This document shows positions 61,834 through 64,000 of a stretch of DNA of 64,000 bases, in pieces. Every line of letters begins with the position of its first letter. Position 1 is the stretch's first letter. The DNA comes from an uncultured Sphingomonadaceae bacterium. Lineage in GTDB: Bacteria > Pseudomonadota > Alphaproteobacteria > Sphingomonadales > Sphingomonadaceae. The translations under genes and the position numbers were made by a program. The stretch is taken from contig CAZYAL010000005.1 in assembly GCA_964645635.1 (NCBI GenBank), positions 597 through 64,596 on the forward strand, read 5' to 3'. The notes under the pieces were generated by a model that made no database searches, had not been told where the DNA came from, and saw only the letters and a program-made list of their open reading frames with translations.

Positions 61834-63441
61834 TCAGGCAGGGGCGTGTGTGCGGATCATGTCCGCCAGTTTCTCACCAATCATAATGCAAGCCAGGTTT
61901 GGGTTGCCGCGTGGCAGGTTTGGCATCACCGAGGCATCGGCAATGCGCAGCCCCTCAATCCCGTGCACCCGCAGCTCGTGATCGACAACGGCGCCTGCAT
62001 CATGGCCCATGCGGCAGGAGCAACCCGGATGGGCGCGATGCGTGGCTGTCTGCCGCACGAACTGGGCGATTTCCGCGTCCGTACGACAATCGTCACTCGG
62101 CAAGTTTTCGCGTGCGATCAGATTCGCCAGCGGGGGTTGATTGTAAATCTCGCGGGTAAGGTGGATCGATTCCACCATGCCATCCATGTCACCGGGCGCT
62201 GAGAACATATTGAGGAAGATACGCGGGGCACTGCGCGGATCCTTATTCCGCAGCTTGACCCAGCCGCGCGATTTCAGCGGCAAATAGCCGGTGCGAACGG
62301 AAATCCTGCTGACAGGCTTGCCTGTGCCGGGGAACCACAGACGCGCATCGCCTGACAATGGCAGGCACATCATCTGCACGTCCGGCCGATCGGCATCGGG
62401 CTTTAGTCGTGTGAAGATATTGGCTAGCGTACCAGTTTGGGCAAAGGGCCCGCTGCCGTTGAGATACCACCGGGCAGCGGCGATGGCGGCGCGATCCATG
62501 CGCAGGTGCTTGGTTAGGCCGAGATCATCCTTGAGGTCCCATTCGTTGATCACCACGGGATGATCGGCCAGTTCCGCGCCAACGCCGGGAAGGTCATGCA
62601 CGACATCGATATCATGTTCGCGCAGCTCATCCGCATTGCCGATGCCGGACAGCATGAGGATTTGCGGCGAACCATAGGCGCCGGCTGAAAGGATAATCTC
62701 GCGCTCTGCCCGCACGGTTTCCTGCTTGTCGCCGATCGAATATTCGACGCCCGATGCACGGCCATTTGCGATAACCAGCCGATGGACCAGTGCACCAGTC
62801 CGGACTGTCAGGTTGGGGCGGCCCATCGCCGGAGCGAGATAGGCCCGTCCGGTGCTGGCCCTGCGGCCGTTCGCGACCGTCGATTCCATGCGGCTGATGC
62901 CGTCCTGCTCGGCACCGTTGGGATCGGCATTCAGCGGAATGCCTGCCGCGATTGCGGCATCACGATGCGCTTCCCAAAGAATATCGGGGTGCTGCATCTG
63001 AGTGATGGTGACCGGTCCCCCCGCGCCATGGTGGTCGCTTGCACCACTCCAGTGATTTTCCGATTTCTTGAAGTAGGGCAGTACTTCGTCATAGCTCCAG
63101 CCAGAAAGCTGGCCTGCTGCCCAGTCATCGAAATCGCGGCGGTTGCCGCGCACGGCGATCATTGCGTTGATTGATGAGGTTCCGCCCAGGGTGCGGCCGC
63201 GGGGAATGCCCAGCCTGCGCCCATCGAGCGCAGGCTCAGGCTCACTTTCGAACTGCCAGGTGCCGATATTGCCCAGCGCAACGCGCGGAAAGGCGAGCGG
63301 CATCAGTTGCAAGGGGTGGCGATTGGGGGCGCCAGCCTCCAGCAACAGTACTGACAAAGCCGGATCCTCGCTTAAGCGAGCCGCCACTACGGCACCGGAC
63401 GAACCAGCACCGATAACGATGTAATCGTAAACCCTCTCCAT
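61834..63441 (-). CDS. GMC family oxidoreductase (choline dehydrogenase-like)
   Basis: FAD fold YDYIVIGAGSSGAVVAARLSED. GMC signatures GGTSSINAM and a C-terminal block HP.GSCRMG...VVD..LRVHGIEGLRIADASVMP. Confidence 0.85.
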   Translation of the reverse strand: MERVYDYIVIGAGSSGAVVAARLSEDPALSVLLLEAGAPNRHPLQLMPLAFPRVALGNIGTWQFESEPEPALDGRRLGIPRGRTLGGTSSINAMIAVRGNRRDFDDWAAGQLSGWSYDEVLPYFKKSENHWSGASDHHGAGGPVTITQMQHPDILWEAHRDAAIAAGIPLNADPNGAEQDGISRMESTVANGRRASTGRAYLAPAMGRPNLTVRTGALVHRLVIANGRASGVEYSIGDKQETVRAEREIILSAGAYGSPQILMLSGIGNADELREHDIDVVHDLPGVGAELADHPVVINEWDLKDDLGLTKHLRMDRAAIAAARWYLNGSGPFAQTGTLANIFTRLKPDADRPDVQMMCLPLSGDARLWFPGTGKPVSRISVRTGYLPLKSRGWVKLRNKDPRSAPRIFLNMFSAPGDMDGMVESIHLTREIYNQPPLANLIARENLPSDDCRTDAEIAQFVRQTATHRAHPGCSCRMGHDAGAVVDHELRVHGIEGLRIADASVMPNLPRGNPNLACIMIGEKLADMIRTHAPA

Positions 63442-63482
63442 TTTCGCAGATTGCCAGTGGCGTGGCCGCTCGTCCAGACATG

Positions 63483-63505
63483 AAAAACCCCGCCGAAGCG
63501 GGGCC
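63483..63505 (-). terminator. rho-independent terminator of rpoD
   Basis: Minus strand reads CCCCGC-ttcg-GCGGGG followed by TTTTT. Confidence 0.7.
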
Positions 63506-63531
63506 TTTCCTATTTCTTGTGTGTCGCTAGC

Positions 63532-64000
63532 TTACTGGTCAAGGAAGCTGCGCATCTTCCTTGAACGGCTCGGGTGCTTCAGCTTGCGCAGCGCCTTCGC
63601 CTCAATCTGGCGAATACGTTCGCGCGTCACACTGAACTGCTGGCCCACTTCTTCCAGCGTGTGGTCAGTGTTCATGCCGATGCCGAAGCGCATGCGCAGC
63701 ACGCGTTCTTCACGCGGGGTGAGCGATGCCAGCACGCGGGTAACCGTTTCCTTGAGGTTCGACTGGATGGCCGCATCCACCGGGATCACCGCGTTGGGGT
63801 CCTGGATGAAATCGCCGAGATGCGAGTCTTCCTCGTCACCTATCGGCGTTTCGAGACTTATCGGCTCCTTGGCGATCTTCATCACCTTGCGCACCTTTTC
63901 CAGCGGCATGGACAGGCGTTCTGCCATTTCTTCCGGAGTGGGTTCGCGGCCCTGCTCGTGCAAGAACTGGCGGCTGGTGCGCACCAGCTTGTTGATCGTC
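63532..64000 (-). CDS. rpoD: RNA polymerase sigma factor RpoD, 3' part (continues beyond window)
   Basis: Regions 3-4: [46 protein letters not shown]. Frame open to base 64000. Confidence 0.93.
   Translation of the reverse strand, partial: TINKLVRTSRQFLHEQGREPTPEEMAERLSMPLEKVRKVMKIAKEPISLETPIGDEEDSHLGDFIQDPNAVIPVDAAIQSNLKETVTRVLASLTPREERVLRMRFGIGMNTDHTLEEVGQQFSVTRERIRQIEAKALRKLKHPSRSRKMRSFLDQ

Overview
GC-rich chromosomal segment that reads as core genome of an alphaproteobacterium, probably Sphingomonadales/Erythrobacteraceae-like. That placement is an inference from gene content: GAAC-N7-GAAC SOS boxes, imuA-imuB-dnaE2, zapA with a DUF4164 partner, DUF2842, and phoR-porin-pstSCAB-phoU-phoB. 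I can support about 60 protein genes, 4 tRNAs (Asp-GTC, Leu-CAA, tandem Glu-CTC/Glu-TTC), one candidate 6S RNA, several rho-independent terminators, 2 LexA boxes and 3 candidate Pho boxes. Housekeeping blocks in order: thyA; zapA/5-formyl-THF cyclo-ligase; tkt-gap-pgk-thiE; efp; suhB; panB; imuAB/dnaE2; the Pho regulon cluster; recJ; leuA; ilvBN-ilvC; miaA/serB; purL; xseB-ispA-coaD; queA ... tgt; a quinohemoprotein dehydrogenase; rpsD; rpiB-glyA-nrdR-trmJ-like; a GMC oxidoreductase; rpoD (3' part). Many long ORFs in the supplied track are antisense shadows of these genes, and several listed ORFs have spurious N-terminal extensions. I found no CRISPR array, prophage, integrase, or recognisable multi-gene defence, secretion or biosynthetic island, so I cannot honestly claim a novel multi-gene system. 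Observations worth a second look: (1) the SOS mutagenesis cassette is split; the imuB-dnaE2 gap holds a MITE-like insertion, a second LexA box and a stub ORF resembling the N-terminus of a radical-SAM DNA-repair gene; (2) two hypothetical genes are each interrupted by one in-frame stop, one of them an orphan AHH-type nuclease-like gene; (3) candidate leader or attenuator structures lie upstream of leuA, ilvB and rpsD; (4) an ABC-2 exporter plus a DUF481 outer-membrane gene are tightly packed between queA and tgt. All family assignments come from motif recognition by eye and need HMM/BLAST confirmation.
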